Positions 28,604 through 38,318 of a DNA stretch of 64,000 nucleotides are shown piece by piece. The stretch is from Candidatus Woesearchaeota archaeon (GTDB lineage: Archaea; Nanobdellota; Nanobdellia; Woesearchaeales; UBA10216). The stretch covers positions 357,005-421,004 of the forward strand of contig JACPTG010000001.1 in the NCBI GenBank assembly GCA_016192905.1. The letters are read 5' to 3'. Numbering within the stretch: the first letter of the stretch is position 1; every line of letters begins with the position of its first letter. The notes below the pieces were generated by a model. The model did not search any database. It was not told the origin of the DNA and saw only the letters and a program-made list of their open reading frames with translations. A program made the translations under genes and the position numbers.

Positions 28604-28715
28604 GAGAAAAAGGGAAAGCGGAGGGTTTTAAATATGTTTGCGGCTGCTGGCATTAGCCACTTAAAAGTAATTAAAAATCAAAAGATTTAAATAGGGCCGT
28701 AAGGCGCTTACTTGT

Positions 28716-30014
28716 ATGGATGACTCGGCCATAGAAAGATCTGAAATCCTGCTAAGACTGATAGAAAAGGCTGCAAGATTCAGCACAAGATTCAACGTAT
28801 ACCCCTATAGTGCCGCTGCCAGAATAGTTGATGAACTATACAGGCTGGCAGAAAACATCCCTGCTGTTGAAGATCCAAGCAACAAGCATGAGGTAATACA
28901 GGCAGAGCTAAAAAGAAGAATGGCCAGCGAAGCCACAACCCTGGAACACTATATACTTGGAAGGCCATATGACTTTAATACGGTAATGGCCGTATACGGA
29001 ATTGCAGGCGGCGACGTGGTAGGGCTAAGAGACTGGCTGGACAACAACAGGGCAGGCGCTCTGGCCTCAATTGACAGGCTCTTTGAGTCAGCAGACGTTG
29101 AGAGCTACGAGCTTGGGCTTCACCTGGACATCCCCCAAGTGAGAAGACAGGCTGAGGAGTTTGCAGCTGTCCAACTGCAAAAATATCACGCCAAACTGGG
29201 GCGACTCACACAAGGCTTATCAAACGTGGGCGAATACCTCAGGGATATCAGCGCTGTGCCCACAACAGAGGGAAGGTCATACTTTGACCCGCTTACATCC
29301 ACGCTGGCAGTTAGCTTCCCCGCATTTGTTTACCAGACAGAAGACGGCAGCATGCACATCAGAGAGCGCGAACTCGTAAGAATCTATGGGCATGAAGGAA
29401 TGGGACACGGCCTAAACCAGGTCATGACCAAAGCCAGCGGACTGCCCTACTTCCTGACCAAAGACTCACAGATAACACAGGCAACCGCCGAATCCCTGGC
29501 ACAATTCTACCAGCGCAGAATACTTGAAGACCTCAAGAATTCGCCTGAAACACAGAGGGCGCTGGGAATAAATCATGACTTTGAAGACATATACCGGGAA
29601 TCCCTTGATGTGGCCATAGTGGAAGAATACAGACTCAGGACCATGCAATATGGGATAAGCCTGCTCGCAGACAAATCCCTCGGAAGCCCGGAAGACCCGG
29701 CAGCAATAAGAAGGAGGATAGCTATCCTGAGCGAGGTGGCCATTGACCCTGCATTCCCGCAAAGCTTCATAGAAGGCAACAGAAACAACTTCGATTCCAG
29801 GGGCAACCTGCACCCTTACCTCGTCAGCGAGCTGAGGTATGCGGCGCAGCCAGTCCAAAGGGCGCTGGATGCGTTCGCCAAGAACGGAATTCATTATGAC
29901 CCAAATGGCAGGAACCTGATAGACCAGACTATGCTCACCGGATTCTGGACGCCAATAGGATTTGTCCAGAATGCGCAGGTTGCAGCCGTGGAAGGCCTTA
30001 GCCTGAAGGCATAA
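28716..30014 (+). CDS. Hypothetical protein with HExxH zinc-metallopeptidase-like motif
   Basis: 432 aa. Single HEGMGHG motif. No other family signature recognised. Confidence 0.55.
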   Translation: MDDSAIERSEILLRLIEKAARFSTRFNVYPYSAAARIVDELYRLAENIPAVEDPSNKHEVIQAELKRRMASEATTLEHYILGRPYDFNTVMAVYGIAGGDVVGLRDWLDNNRAGALASIDRLFESADVESYELGLHLDIPQVRRQAEEFAAVQLQKYHAKLGRLTQGLSNVGEYLRDISAVPTTEGRSYFDPLTSTLAVSFPAFVYQTEDGSMHIRERELVRIYGHEGMGHGLNQVMTKASGLPYFLTKDSQITQATAESLAQFYQRRILEDLKNSPETQRALGINHDFEDIYRESLDVAIVEEYRLRTMQYGISLLADKSLGSPEDPAAIRRRIAILSEVAIDPAFPQSFIEGNRNNFDSRGNLHPYLVSELRYAAQPVQRALDAFAKNGIHYDPNGRNLIDQTMLTGFWTPIGFVQNAQVAAVEGLSLKA

Positions 30015-30306
30015 TCCTGATACCCTGTTTATCCCTCGTCAAAAGGCCCTGTCTGCCCTCGGAGATGCCACACTCTTCGGCCACATCACTAGGAATCCTG
30101 ACAGCAATGCTGTTGCCCCACTTGGCAAAGGTTACCTGCCTGGCATTCCTCAGCCTCCTGTACTTTGCAGCCAGGCTCCTCAGCTGAGGCATTGTCATAA
30201 GCTCCTCTCCGCACTTAACACACCGATAAGCCTCAAACTCAACCCCATCCTGCCTGATAACATCCTTATTTCTTTCCATAGCACCATTACACACTGGACA
30301 TTTCAT
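29998..30306 (-). CDS. Zinc-ribbon + AbrB/SpoVT-domain protein (putative antitoxin)
   Basis: CPVC..C..C N-terminal ribbon. ..FAKWGNSIAVRIPSDVAEECGI.. swapped-hairpin. 4-nt overlap with upstream gene. Confidence 0.55.
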   Translation of the reverse strand: MKCPVCNGAMERNKDVIRQDGVEFEAYRCVKCGEELMTMPQLRSLAAKYRRLRNARQVTFAKWGNSIAVRIPSDVAEECGISEGRQGLLTRDKQGIRIMPSG

Positions 30307-30542
30307 ATTAGTTCCCCCCTCTCTACAGTTTTGATTACAATCGCATGGCCGAGGTCTTCACCCAAACAGATTATGGAACCATGCTTGCCCTTTTTGACAA
30401 ATTTCAGTCCATTCTTCCCGAATCGAGTTACTTTTCCTGTCCTCAAAACATCAAGTACCTGATCAGGATAGGCTATCTCCCTTTCCCTCGCCCTTTTAAC
30501 CGCATGAACGGTAATCAGTACCGGCCTGCCTTGGAAATCCAC
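30303..30542 (-). CDS. DUF4258-like small protein (putative toxin)
   Basis: 79 aa. ITVHAVKRAREREI.. pattern. Operonic with Zn-ribbon/AbrB gene. Confidence 0.4.
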   Translation of the reverse strand: MDFQGRPVLITVHAVKRAREREIAYPDQVLDVLRTGKVTRFGKNGLKFVKKGKHGSIICLGEDLGHAIVIKTVERGELI

Positions 30543-30594
30543 ATATCTCTGTAGATACTTAGATATACGAGTATAAAAATGTTTTTCGTATTTG

Positions 30595-31386
30595 TTACGA
30601 TATCGGCAACCTTAGAATATCCTTCAGCTCGTCAAAAGATGCCACAATGTGGTCAGCACCCCTACCGCCATAACGCCCCTTCCTGTCCATTAGAACACCC
30701 GTGAACCCGAACCTTCTCGCATCCGCAACCACCCTTGGCGAATCATCCACCATTATACAGTTTTCCTTCGGAACGCCTGAAACCCTAAGGCACTCCTGCC
30801 AGAAGCTGTCACCAGGCTTCCTGAAAGGGTCGCCTATGATAACCCTGGCTTCAGGAACGAAATCAAGCAAGCCTACAGCCCTTGTCCTTTCCATGCGATT
30901 TTTCCGCGCGTATTCCGAATCGTAAGAAAATTTTCCATTCCTCACAACAAGCCTGCTGTCGCTGCCAACAGCGATAAAACAGCCGGGAGATGACTTTACG
31001 AAACGCCGCGCGTCAGGATAAAAACTGGCATTTGCGACCATCGCATTCCAATAAGCATCCATTGCCTCAGCAATCTGGGCGTCAGACACCTGAAGCCTGT
31101 GCTTATCTGACAAATACCTTACATAAAGCTCCCTGCTGTAAATGACATTCGGCTTCTCGATGCCATCAGGGCAGGCCACAGGGTATGAATTCAATTTAGC
31201 GAGGAACTCCCTGCTTTCCGACGTCTCCCTGTCCTGATGATACGCAACCGCAAGAGAGAACAATTTCCTGAACTCGGCAGCCGCGGCCTCAGGCCAGAAA
31301 GCCCTGAGATAGGCGTATACAGCCTCGTTGGCCGCATCAGAATTAAAGGTCATCAGCGTATCGTCAACGTCAAGGAAAAAAGGCAT
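30595..31386 (-). CDS. HAD-superfamily hydrolase
   Basis: Motif I FLDVDDTL, C-terminal ..IMVDDSPRVV.. motif. Confidence 0.7.
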   Translation of the reverse strand: MPFFLDVDDTLMTFNSDAANEAVYAYLRAFWPEAAAAEFRKLFSLAVAYHQDRETSESREFLAKLNSYPVACPDGIEKPNVIYSRELYVRYLSDKHRLQVSDAQIAEAMDAYWNAMVANASFYPDARRFVKSSPGCFIAVGSDSRLVVRNGKFSYDSEYARKNRMERTRAVGLLDFVPEARVIIGDPFRKPGDSFWQECLRVSGVPKENCIMVDDSPRVVADARRFGFTGVLMDRKGRYGGRGADHIVASFDELKDILRLPIS

Positions 31387-31501
31387 GCGCCGGGGGGCGC
31401 CTTAATAGCTATAAAAAAGTTGCCAATATTACATAGTTTGCCCAACAGTTGGAACCTGCTGCCAGAAAATTCTTAAAGCCACCGATGACGCACAGGAACA
31501 A

Positions 31502-32599
31502 ATGAACATTATTTCAGAAGGCAAAGCCAGGATTTATGCCGAAAGCGGAAGGATAAGCAGAAAAATGGAAGCCTTCTACAACCCTGCCATGAAGCTCAAC
31601 AGGGACCTGTCAGTGCAACTGCTAAATGCGGTGGGCAGGAGGAAGATGCAGATAGCAGACCCGCTTGCCGGGACAGGGGTAAGATGCATAAGATTTGGAC
31701 TGGAGCTTGAAAAAGGATTGGCGGAGAGGATTGCAATAAACGACATATCAAGAACAGCCATTGCCTCTGTAAGGAGAAACCTCAAGCTGAACAGGATAAG
31801 CAGCAGGCTGGCCAGCGTAAGCAATAAGGATGCAAACATCTTCCTGCTTGAAAGCAAAGGCTTTGACTACATTGACATAGACCCGTTCGGAAGCCCTGCG
31901 CCATTCCTTGACTCTGCAACGCAGCGGCTTGCAAGGGGCGGGATAATCGCAGTTACAGCCACAGACACCGCAGCCCTTGCGGGAACCTCGCCCGGAGCCT
32001 GCATGCGAAAATACTGGGCAAGGCCACTGCGAAACCAGTCAATGCACGAAACAGGCCTCAGGATACTGATAAGAAGGGTGCAGCTTGCGGGAATGCAGCA
32101 TGAAAAGGCCCTTACACCAATACTTTCCTACCACGACCAGCACTACCAAAGGACGGTCCTAAGCTGCAGGAAAGGAAGGATACCTGCTGCAGCGATATAC
32201 AGGCAGCATGGATTCATAACAAGCTGCCTGAAATGCCTGCATGCAGAAGCAACCGCGCTGCCAAAGGGGAACTGCAGCGAATGCGGGTCAAAGGCTGAGA
32301 TTGCAGGGCCTTTATGGCTTGGGCAGACCAGCGACGCCAGGCTATGCCTAAGGATGTCAAAACACGGCCACAGGGAACTGCTCACAGCAATAGCAGCCGA
32401 AAGCAAAGTAAAAACGCCCTGGATTTACAACCTGAACTCCCTGTGCCGCAAATCCAGGATTGGAAAGCCGCCAAGAATAGAAGCGGTAATTGACAGGCTG
32501 CGGCAGGCCGGGCATAAAGCAGCGAGAACCCACATGGACTGGGAAGCGATAAGGACTGAAGCAACTGTGAAGGAAATAGTTGAAGCAATTAAGCATTGA
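31502..32599 (+). CDS. trm1: tRNA (guanine26-N2)-dimethyltransferase Trm1
   Basis: DPFGSP motif, zinc-finger CLKCLH..C..C insert, 365 aa. Confidence 0.85.
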   Translation: MNIISEGKARIYAESGRISRKMEAFYNPAMKLNRDLSVQLLNAVGRRKMQIADPLAGTGVRCIRFGLELEKGLAERIAINDISRTAIASVRRNLKLNRISSRLASVSNKDANIFLLESKGFDYIDIDPFGSPAPFLDSATQRLARGGIIAVTATDTAALAGTSPGACMRKYWARPLRNQSMHETGLRILIRRVQLAGMQHEKALTPILSYHDQHYQRTVLSCRKGRIPAAAIYRQHGFITSCLKCLHAEATALPKGNCSECGSKAEIAGPLWLGQTSDARLCLRMSKHGHRELLTAIAAESKVKTPWIYNLNSLCRKSRIGKPPRIEAVIDRLRQAGHKAARTHMDWEAIRTEATVKEIVEAIKH

Positions 32600-32716
32600 T
32601 GGAACTTTTGGCTGAATAACTAAAATTGGATTGTAGCAGCCTGTTCCTGCTTTGTTTCAGCTGCCCCTTTCAGGAGGCTTGTAACGTGTACGGCCGCTTC
32701 GTTCACTACAACTGCA

Positions 32717-33175
32717 ATGTCAGCTCCTTATAAAAAACAAGCTATAAAAAACAATCAACCTCAACGACAAGAATTAAATACGGGCTGTTCCTGCCTGGCT
32801 TCCATGGGATGGGACGAGTTGCAAGCGGTGGGGCGCATAATTTACGCAATCAAGCTTAATTATATCATTGGCGACGGACACGCCAGTGGAGGGGAGCGGC
32901 TTATTCCTGACCCGACTGTGAGAATTGCGGTTCAGGCTGCCGGCGTAATGATTGATACCCTCCTGGAACAGGCTCCGCAGCCTGACAATCTTTGGAGCAG
33001 GGAAAAGGACATAGCCAAGTCCATTGCTAGTCTTGGCCCGGACTATTACAATCTCCATGCATTCTTTGGTGAGGATCCGTGCAACTACAGCCGAGTGGCT
33101 GAAGGGCTGCCTGCCGGGATCAGAGAAGTCGTTTTAAGAGGATTGGAGTACAGGCCAGGGCACGCGGGACGATAA
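32717..33175 (+). CDS. Hypothetical protein
   Basis: ORF only. Start uncertain. Confidence 0.35.
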   Translation: MSAPYKKQAIKNNQPQRQELNTGCSCLASMGWDELQAVGRIIYAIKLNYIIGDGHASGGERLIPDPTVRIAVQAAGVMIDTLLEQAPQPDNLWSREKDIAKSIASLGPDYYNLHAFFGEDPCNYSRVAEGLPAGIREVVLRGLEYRPGHAGR

Positions 33176-33250
33176 AGAACAGGCCGGCGACGCAAAACAA
33201 AGGGCAAAGATTTATATATGATTTCTGCCGGAAAAGGCTCTGGAAACGAG

Positions 33251-34033
33251 ATGAAAACAGCACACCAGCTTCTGCTAAGCATAGGGATAGTGTTCCTTTT
33301 TATCTTCTTCCTCAACGTCAAGCCGCAGATGACCGGCCTTGCCGTTGCGCAGGACTCAGGCCCTGAAATAACGATTACCAGGGCTGAAGGCACAGGCAGC
33401 CAGGGAATCGTGGAGTGGAGCACAGGCAGGGCAAGCAGGGCCTCATTTGAGCTTGAAGGAAGGACTGCTGAATACGACTATGCAAAGCGCTTTGAGATGA
33501 GGCTTGAAAGCCTCAAGCAGGGAAAACAGTACAATTACCAGATTACAGCATGCGACAGGGACGGAAAATGCAGCCAGGCAACAGGAACCTTCACATCAAT
33601 GTATCCGCCTGCAATAACAGGGTGGACTGTGAATGACGCAAGAGGACTGCAGAAAATGGCCGGGGCAGCCTTCCTCATCCTCCTGGCAGCAGCGGTGTCA
33701 ATGGTCATCGTAAATGCAGGCCTCCAAAGGCTGGACAAAAACAGACTAATGCCTGCCTCATTCAGAGTCAAGCTGAAGCTGGACAAGGCTGAAAAGGCGC
33801 TGGAAGAAAAGAAACACCACCATGCCTTCGCGCACTACAGGGAACTAAAGGAGTTGTATGGCAGGCTGGGGGCAGGGCAGAAGGAAAAGCACAACAAACG
33901 GGTTATGGGCGTATACAGCGAGCTCCTGTCGCACAACAGGGCAAAGGAGGCAAGCTACCTCGCGGACAGGTACCTTAGCGGAACAATAAGCAGCGGCGAA
34001 ATGCAGCGGCTAAGGGAACTGATAGAAAACTAG
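33251..34033 (+). CDS. Membrane protein with extracellular FN3-like domain, TM helix and charged cytoplasmic tail
   Basis: MKTAHQLLLSIGIVFLFIFFL. ..ITITRAEGTGSQGIVEWSTGRASRASFELEGRT..YQITACD... Second TM AFLILLAAAVSMVIV. Confidence 0.5.
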   Translation: MKTAHQLLLSIGIVFLFIFFLNVKPQMTGLAVAQDSGPEITITRAEGTGSQGIVEWSTGRASRASFELEGRTAEYDYAKRFEMRLESLKQGKQYNYQITACDRDGKCSQATGTFTSMYPPAITGWTVNDARGLQKMAGAAFLILLAAAVSMVIVNAGLQRLDKNRLMPASFRVKLKLDKAEKALEEKKHHHAFAHYRELKELYGRLGAGQKEKHNKRVMGVYSELLSHNRAKEASYLADRYLSGTISSGEMQRLRELIEN

Positions 34034-34305
34034 CCAACAGTCCTTCTCACATCAAAAACATCAACGCTCTGAACACCCTTAACCAGTGCAATCTTATTCT
34101 CCAAAGGCTCTGTTGTCCCCTTCGCCTCACCCATCACGAAATGAATATGCAGGGCCTTCAGGCCAAATGCTATGGGAATAACCTCCCGCTTCGCAACCTT
34201 GCCGCCAAATTCCGCTATCAGGGCAGAAGCCTGCCTGTCAATCGCGGAGAGGTCCTCATCAGGGGAAGAAGGCATAATCTTCAGATTAACAATAACGCTG
34301 GCCAT
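34030..34305 (-). CDS. ef1b: Translation elongation factor aEF-1 beta
   Basis: MASVIVNLKIMPSSPDEDLSAI..IAFGLKALHIHFVMGEAKG..VDVFDVRR. Start placed at ATG 34305 (tool start further upstream). Confidence 0.85.
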   Translation of the reverse strand: MASVIVNLKIMPSSPDEDLSAIDRQASALIAEFGGKVAKREVIPIAFGLKALHIHFVMGEAKGTTEPLENKIALVKGVQSVDVFDVRRTVG

Positions 34306-34306
34306 C

Positions 34307-34477
34307 TCAATTAGGACCTGAAAAACTGCACTCAGGACACCTATACTTAACAGCCTTCTCCCGGCAGGAAGTACAGCGGACGATGTCATACTTCAGGCAG
34401 TTCGGACACTTAAACTTGACTGTGCCCTTGACATTGGTAATCCGCCGCTTGCAGGAAAGGCACTTAACATCAACCAT
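34307..34477 (-). CDS. Zn-ribbon RNA-binding protein linked to translation (COG2888-type)
   Basis: 56 aa MVDVKCLSCKRRITNVKGTVKFKCPNCLKYDIVRCTSCREKAVKYRCPECSFSGPN. Canonical neighbour of aEF-1beta. Not in ORF track. Confidence 0.65.
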   Translation of the reverse strand: MVDVKCLSCKRRITNVKGTVKFKCPNCLKYDIVRCTSCREKAVKYRCPECSFSGPN

Positions 34478-34517
34478 GATAAATGCGGCAAAAAAGGGTG
34501 ATATAAAAATCTTTTTG

Positions 34518-35009
34518 CTACACCAGCGGCCTAATCAAAACAAAGGCCACTGCTGCAAAGAAGGCTGAGATAGGAATTGTAAGAATCCACGCCAGCAGGA
34601 TTTTCCTGGAAACCCCCCATTTAACCGCGCTTACCTTCTTTGAGCCGCCCACGCCCATTATTGAACCGGCAATCACGTGAGTCGTGCTGACAGGAATCCC
34701 AAAATGGGCTGTGCCAAGCAAAACAGCCGCGCCTCCGCTCTCAGCACAGAAGCCATCAATAGGCCTGAGCTTGGTAATCTTATGCCCCATTGTCCTGACT
34801 ATCCGCCAGCCGCCAGCCAGGGTTCCCAATGCTATTGCGGTGTGCGCTGCAAGAATCACCCAAACATCAATCCTGAAGGAGCTCATCATCCCAGAGGAAA
34901 AAAGAGCCAAAGCGATAACACCCATTGTCTTCTGAGCGTCATTCGTGCCATGCCCCAAACTATACCAGCTGGCTGAAACCAGCTGAAGGCGCTTGAACCA
35001 GCCGTTCAC
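34518..35009 (-). pseudogene. Inorganic phosphate transporter PiT (PHO4) family, C-terminal half only (fragment)
   Basis: GHGTNDAQK signature and 5 TM helices equal to one PiT repeat. No space for N-terminal repeat because divergent + gene starts at 35103. Confidence 0.5.
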
Positions 35010-35102
35010 TGAAACAGGCGGGAACCTGCTTGCAATGGAATAGGTGATTATGGTACAGAATTCAGAAAAATATATAAAGATGCGGCAGCCAGGAAGAATG
35101 GG

Positions 35103-36029
35103 ATGAAAAAGGGGGGAGCGGCTGCCTTTGCAAAGGACGTGCCGCCTGAGTACAGCTTCTGGCTCTGCGACGGCAGGGTCATAAGGAACCTGAAAAGCCT
35201 TGCAGAGGCGCTTTCAGACATGAAAAGCAGCACCTACTCCTACCACGCAAACTCAATGAAGAACGATTTTGCGGACTGGATAAGGGACATTGTAAAGGAC
35301 CAGCAACTATCAGAAGCTGTCAGGAAGGCCGGAAGAAGCCAGGCTGCAGAGTTCATAGCAAAGAAAACAGGCTTACGGCTTCCGAAAGTGGCAGCCACCG
35401 AAGCAAAGCCTGATAAGCCAACGCCAGTGGTAAGCCAGCCAGCACCAGTGAAAATCCAAAAGGCGCAGAAGCAAATCCAGCCTGAAAAGAGGCAAATTCA
35501 TAAGGCTTTGGCTCAAAAGGTTGTGAAAAAGCCCAAGCCAATAACAAGACCAGAACCCATAACAAGACCAGAACCAAAGCTTACAGTGGAACTCCTCAAG
35601 AAAATGGAAAGGGAGCTGGGCGAAAAGGAGAAAAAGCTCAACGAAGAGGAAGACAGGGCAAACCAGAGGAAAATAGAGCTTACCAAAGAAAGATACGAAC
35701 TCCTCAAGAAGAGGGGAGAGCTTGAAAGAAAGAAATTCGAATACTTCATGTCCAGGCGAAGCGCGGCAATAAGGCTGCCAGAGCTGCCAAAGATTGACGC
35801 TGCAATACAGCCAGCTGAATTCACCAGGGACAAGCTGGAAGAGCTAATAACCCAGGCCAGAAGCGGCTTTGAATCAGGAAAACAAGATGAGGCTGTCAAG
35901 AGGCTAACCGAGGCCCAGCAAAGAATGGGCCGAATTCCGCTAAAAACTGATGAAAAAAGGCACTTGCGGCTTCAAATCATGGAGCTGGAAGCAGACCTAA
36001 AGCTTGCAACAATAAAGCAGGCGGCATAA
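35103..36029 (+). CDS. Hypothetical protein with conserved N-terminal domain and Lys/Glu-rich coiled coil
   Basis: 308 aa ORF. Low-complexity PKP/ITRPEP repeats. Confidence 0.5.
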   Translation: MKKGGAAAFAKDVPPEYSFWLCDGRVIRNLKSLAEALSDMKSSTYSYHANSMKNDFADWIRDIVKDQQLSEAVRKAGRSQAAEFIAKKTGLRLPKVAATEAKPDKPTPVVSQPAPVKIQKAQKQIQPEKRQIHKALAQKVVKKPKPITRPEPITRPEPKLTVELLKKMERELGEKEKKLNEEEDRANQRKIELTKERYELLKKRGELERKKFEYFMSRRSAAIRLPELPKIDAAIQPAEFTRDKLEELITQARSGFESGKQDEAVKRLTEAQQRMGRIPLKTDEKRHLRLQIMELEADLKLATIKQAA

Positions 36030-36095
36030 AGTGGTTGGTGGCTGGTAGTTAATGGTTGGTAGTTAATGGTTGGTAGTGATATTTGTGGTTGATAT
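36030..36095. repeat. Tandem repeat (GGTTGGTAGTTAAT x ~3) in convergent intergenic region
   Basis: gtggttggtggctggtagttaatggttggtagttaatggttggtagtg read directly. Confidence 0.6.
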
Positions 36096-36114
36096 TAATT
36101 CTTGAATAAACCTG

Positions 36115-37206
36115 TCACAAAGCCCTGATGACCTTATTACCGGCATCAACCTCAAAGCTCTTGCCGAGGAACTGCTCAACAACATAAACATTCGTCAGGC
36201 AATGGGGAGTAATTTTGGAAGCCCTGAATGAGCCGCCAGCAAGGGCCAGGAAAGGAACAAGCTGGTCGGCAAGAAAAGGGTCCACCGGAGCGCCGCTGTC
36301 AATAACTGATGAAAGTGCGCGGGCAGCCTCTGCGCCAACATCCTCGGCCTTCCTGCCCTTTGCACCCAAAGAATCGCCCCCCACAACTACCGGATTAAAG
36401 GAATCCACCTCATCCATGCTGTTCAGGAAAACAGCCCAGAGACAAATGCCAGAGCCTGCTGACAGGGAATCCGAGTAAAAGGAATCAATCCTGACAGGGC
36501 CGCGGCCTGAAAGAATGCGGCGAGCGGCAGAAGACTGCCTTTCGGCAACCTCAGCTTTCTGAAGGTCAAGCGACGCATGGGAAATGCCCCTGATGCCTGC
36601 AAACCTGCCCTGCTCCATCAGCGTTACATCAGGGCAGCCATCCCTTACCATTTTCCTGAACTCCTCAAAACTGCCAAAATCAGTGCGCCTGAACCTCGGC
36701 GAGACCGACAGCTCAATCCTCCCGCCGCCCCTTGGATAATAGCCGCGCCTGTCCAGATTGAGCTCAACAGACTCTGCAAAGCGCGCAACATGCGGGAGAA
36801 AAACATGCTTCAGGTAATCATAAGGCTCGCTCCAGGGCACATCAGTGCCGCCTGTAAGCCTCAGCCTGAATTTCCCATCAGCAAAAAGGACAGGAAGCAG
36901 AAGGGCCTGCAGAAGCAGGGTAACCGAGCCAGCTGTCCCAACATCAACAGAGAGCGTCCTGGAAGGCACGCTGCCAGGATGAAAAACAATATGCCCTGAC
37001 CCAAGTTCTGCGCCCTCACACCTTGCCCCCATCTCCGCAAGAGCCCTGATGCAGTGAAGATGCTGCGCCTTCAGCCCGGAGTCACACCTGCCCTTCCTGA
37101 TACCCTCCACCTCAAAAGGAATGCCTGTAATGGTTGAAAGAGCCAGTGCAGTCCTGACTATCTGACCACCTCCCTCACCAAAGCTGCCGTCAAGCCTAAT
37201 CATCAC
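36115..37206 (-). CDS. rtcA: RNA 3'-terminal phosphate cyclase
   Basis: N-terminal ..DGSFGEGGGQIVRTALALSTITGIPFEVEGIRKGR, 363 aa. Confidence 0.85.
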   Translation of the reverse strand: MMIRLDGSFGEGGGQIVRTALALSTITGIPFEVEGIRKGRCDSGLKAQHLHCIRALAEMGARCEGAELGSGHIVFHPGSVPSRTLSVDVGTAGSVTLLLQALLLPVLFADGKFRLRLTGGTDVPWSEPYDYLKHVFLPHVARFAESVELNLDRRGYYPRGGGRIELSVSPRFRRTDFGSFEEFRKMVRDGCPDVTLMEQGRFAGIRGISHASLDLQKAEVAERQSSAARRILSGRGPVRIDSFYSDSLSAGSGICLWAVFLNSMDEVDSFNPVVVGGDSLGAKGRKAEDVGAEAARALSSVIDSGAPVDPFLADQLVPFLALAGGSFRASKITPHCLTNVYVVEQFLGKSFEVDAGNKVIRAL

Positions 37207-37272
37207 AGGCAGGAAAGCCTAACTGGTTTAAAAACAAAACGTTTAAAAAAGCCCAAGCCGGAAACAGGCCCG

Positions 37273-38256
37273 GTGATAAGGCACCTAAGGACGCTCAAGG
37301 GAAAGGCCATCCGCGGGGAAGGAATCGGCTACAAGAAGCCCTCCAGAAATGAGCTTCTCTGGCTATTCCTACTCGAACCCAAGCCAGAAGAGATAGCGAA
37401 AGTGGTCAGGGACTTCGGGCTCGAAAGAAGGCCATTCGACCTGTTCAGCCGGGAAAAGCACTCGGTCAGGTATTCAATGGACCCATTCCAGTTTGTAATA
37501 GTTGACTATTATGTTGAAAACGACAAGGTAGGCGCATCGCACCTCCTCTTCAGCATAAAAGACAACGTGCTCATACTGGTTGCCAGCAAAAGCGCCAAGT
37601 TTTACTATGAGCTGTTTGACAGCATAAGCGAAGGCATAGAAAAAAACAAGATATCCACCAGCAACATCGGAAGGATACTCCACGCATTCCTGCAGGAAGA
37701 CATAGAAGGAAACTACGACGTGCTTGAAAAGACAGAGGAGCAGATAGCGGCCATAGAAGAAAGGGCGGCAAACTTTGAGGGCACAAAGCCAGCAGACATA
37801 AAGGACATAATCAAGCTCAAGCGGAAACTCTTCATGATGGGAAGAAGATTCTGGGCAAGCACAAAAATAATCTTCCTCCTGAAGGCAGGCTTCACCAACG
37901 TAAAAATAGACCCTGAAACAAGCAAGCTCCTGATTGACGTGCACGACACATTCCTCCACCAGATAGACATAGTGACGGCGCAGAAGGAGATGCTCAGCGA
38001 CGTGATGAGCATATACTCCACAAACATAAACAACAGGCTGGCACAGCTGTCAAACGACATGGGAAACGTGACAAAAAAAGTGTCATCCTTCGCCCTCATA
38101 CTCCTCCTGCCCACCCTCATAGCCAGCTTCTACGGCATGAACTTCGCCCACATACCCCTGGCGTCCACGCCATACGGATTCTACGCCGTTATAGCAGGAA
38201 CCGTGGCAACAACGCTAATACTCTGGCTGCTGTTCAAGAAAGTGAGATGGCTGTAA
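37273..38256 (+). CDS. corA: Magnesium/cobalt transporter CorA
   Basis: YGMNF motif followed by two C-terminal TM helices. Confidence 0.85.
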   Translation: MIRHLRTLKGKAIRGEGIGYKKPSRNELLWLFLLEPKPEEIAKVVRDFGLERRPFDLFSREKHSVRYSMDPFQFVIVDYYVENDKVGASHLLFSIKDNVLILVASKSAKFYYELFDSISEGIEKNKISTSNIGRILHAFLQEDIEGNYDVLEKTEEQIAAIEERAANFEGTKPADIKDIIKLKRKLFMMGRRFWASTKIIFLLKAGFTNVKIDPETSKLLIDVHDTFLHQIDIVTAQKEMLSDVMSIYSTNINNRLAQLSNDMGNVTKKVSSFALILLLPTLIASFYGMNFAHIPLASTPYGFYAVIAGTVATTLILWLLFKKVRWL

Positions 38257-38318
38257 TAATTGTTGGACTGGGGCAAATTTTTTATATCACTGCAACCCAT
38301 TAAGGCATGGGTGATTAG

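Noticed and set aside
37474-38120. Antisense ORFs inside corA (37474-37959, 37713-38120) and similar ones inside giant surface genes (47804-48286, 49771-50067, 54020-54469)
   Set aside because: Lie opposite strongly supported genes. Biased composition typical of antisense frames.
38316-38318. In-frame TAG near start of the RNase H-like gene as possible pyrrolysine codon
   Set aside because: TAG functions as an ordinary stop for other genes in the window (e.g. rpoP). No pyl-like context. More likely mutation or error.
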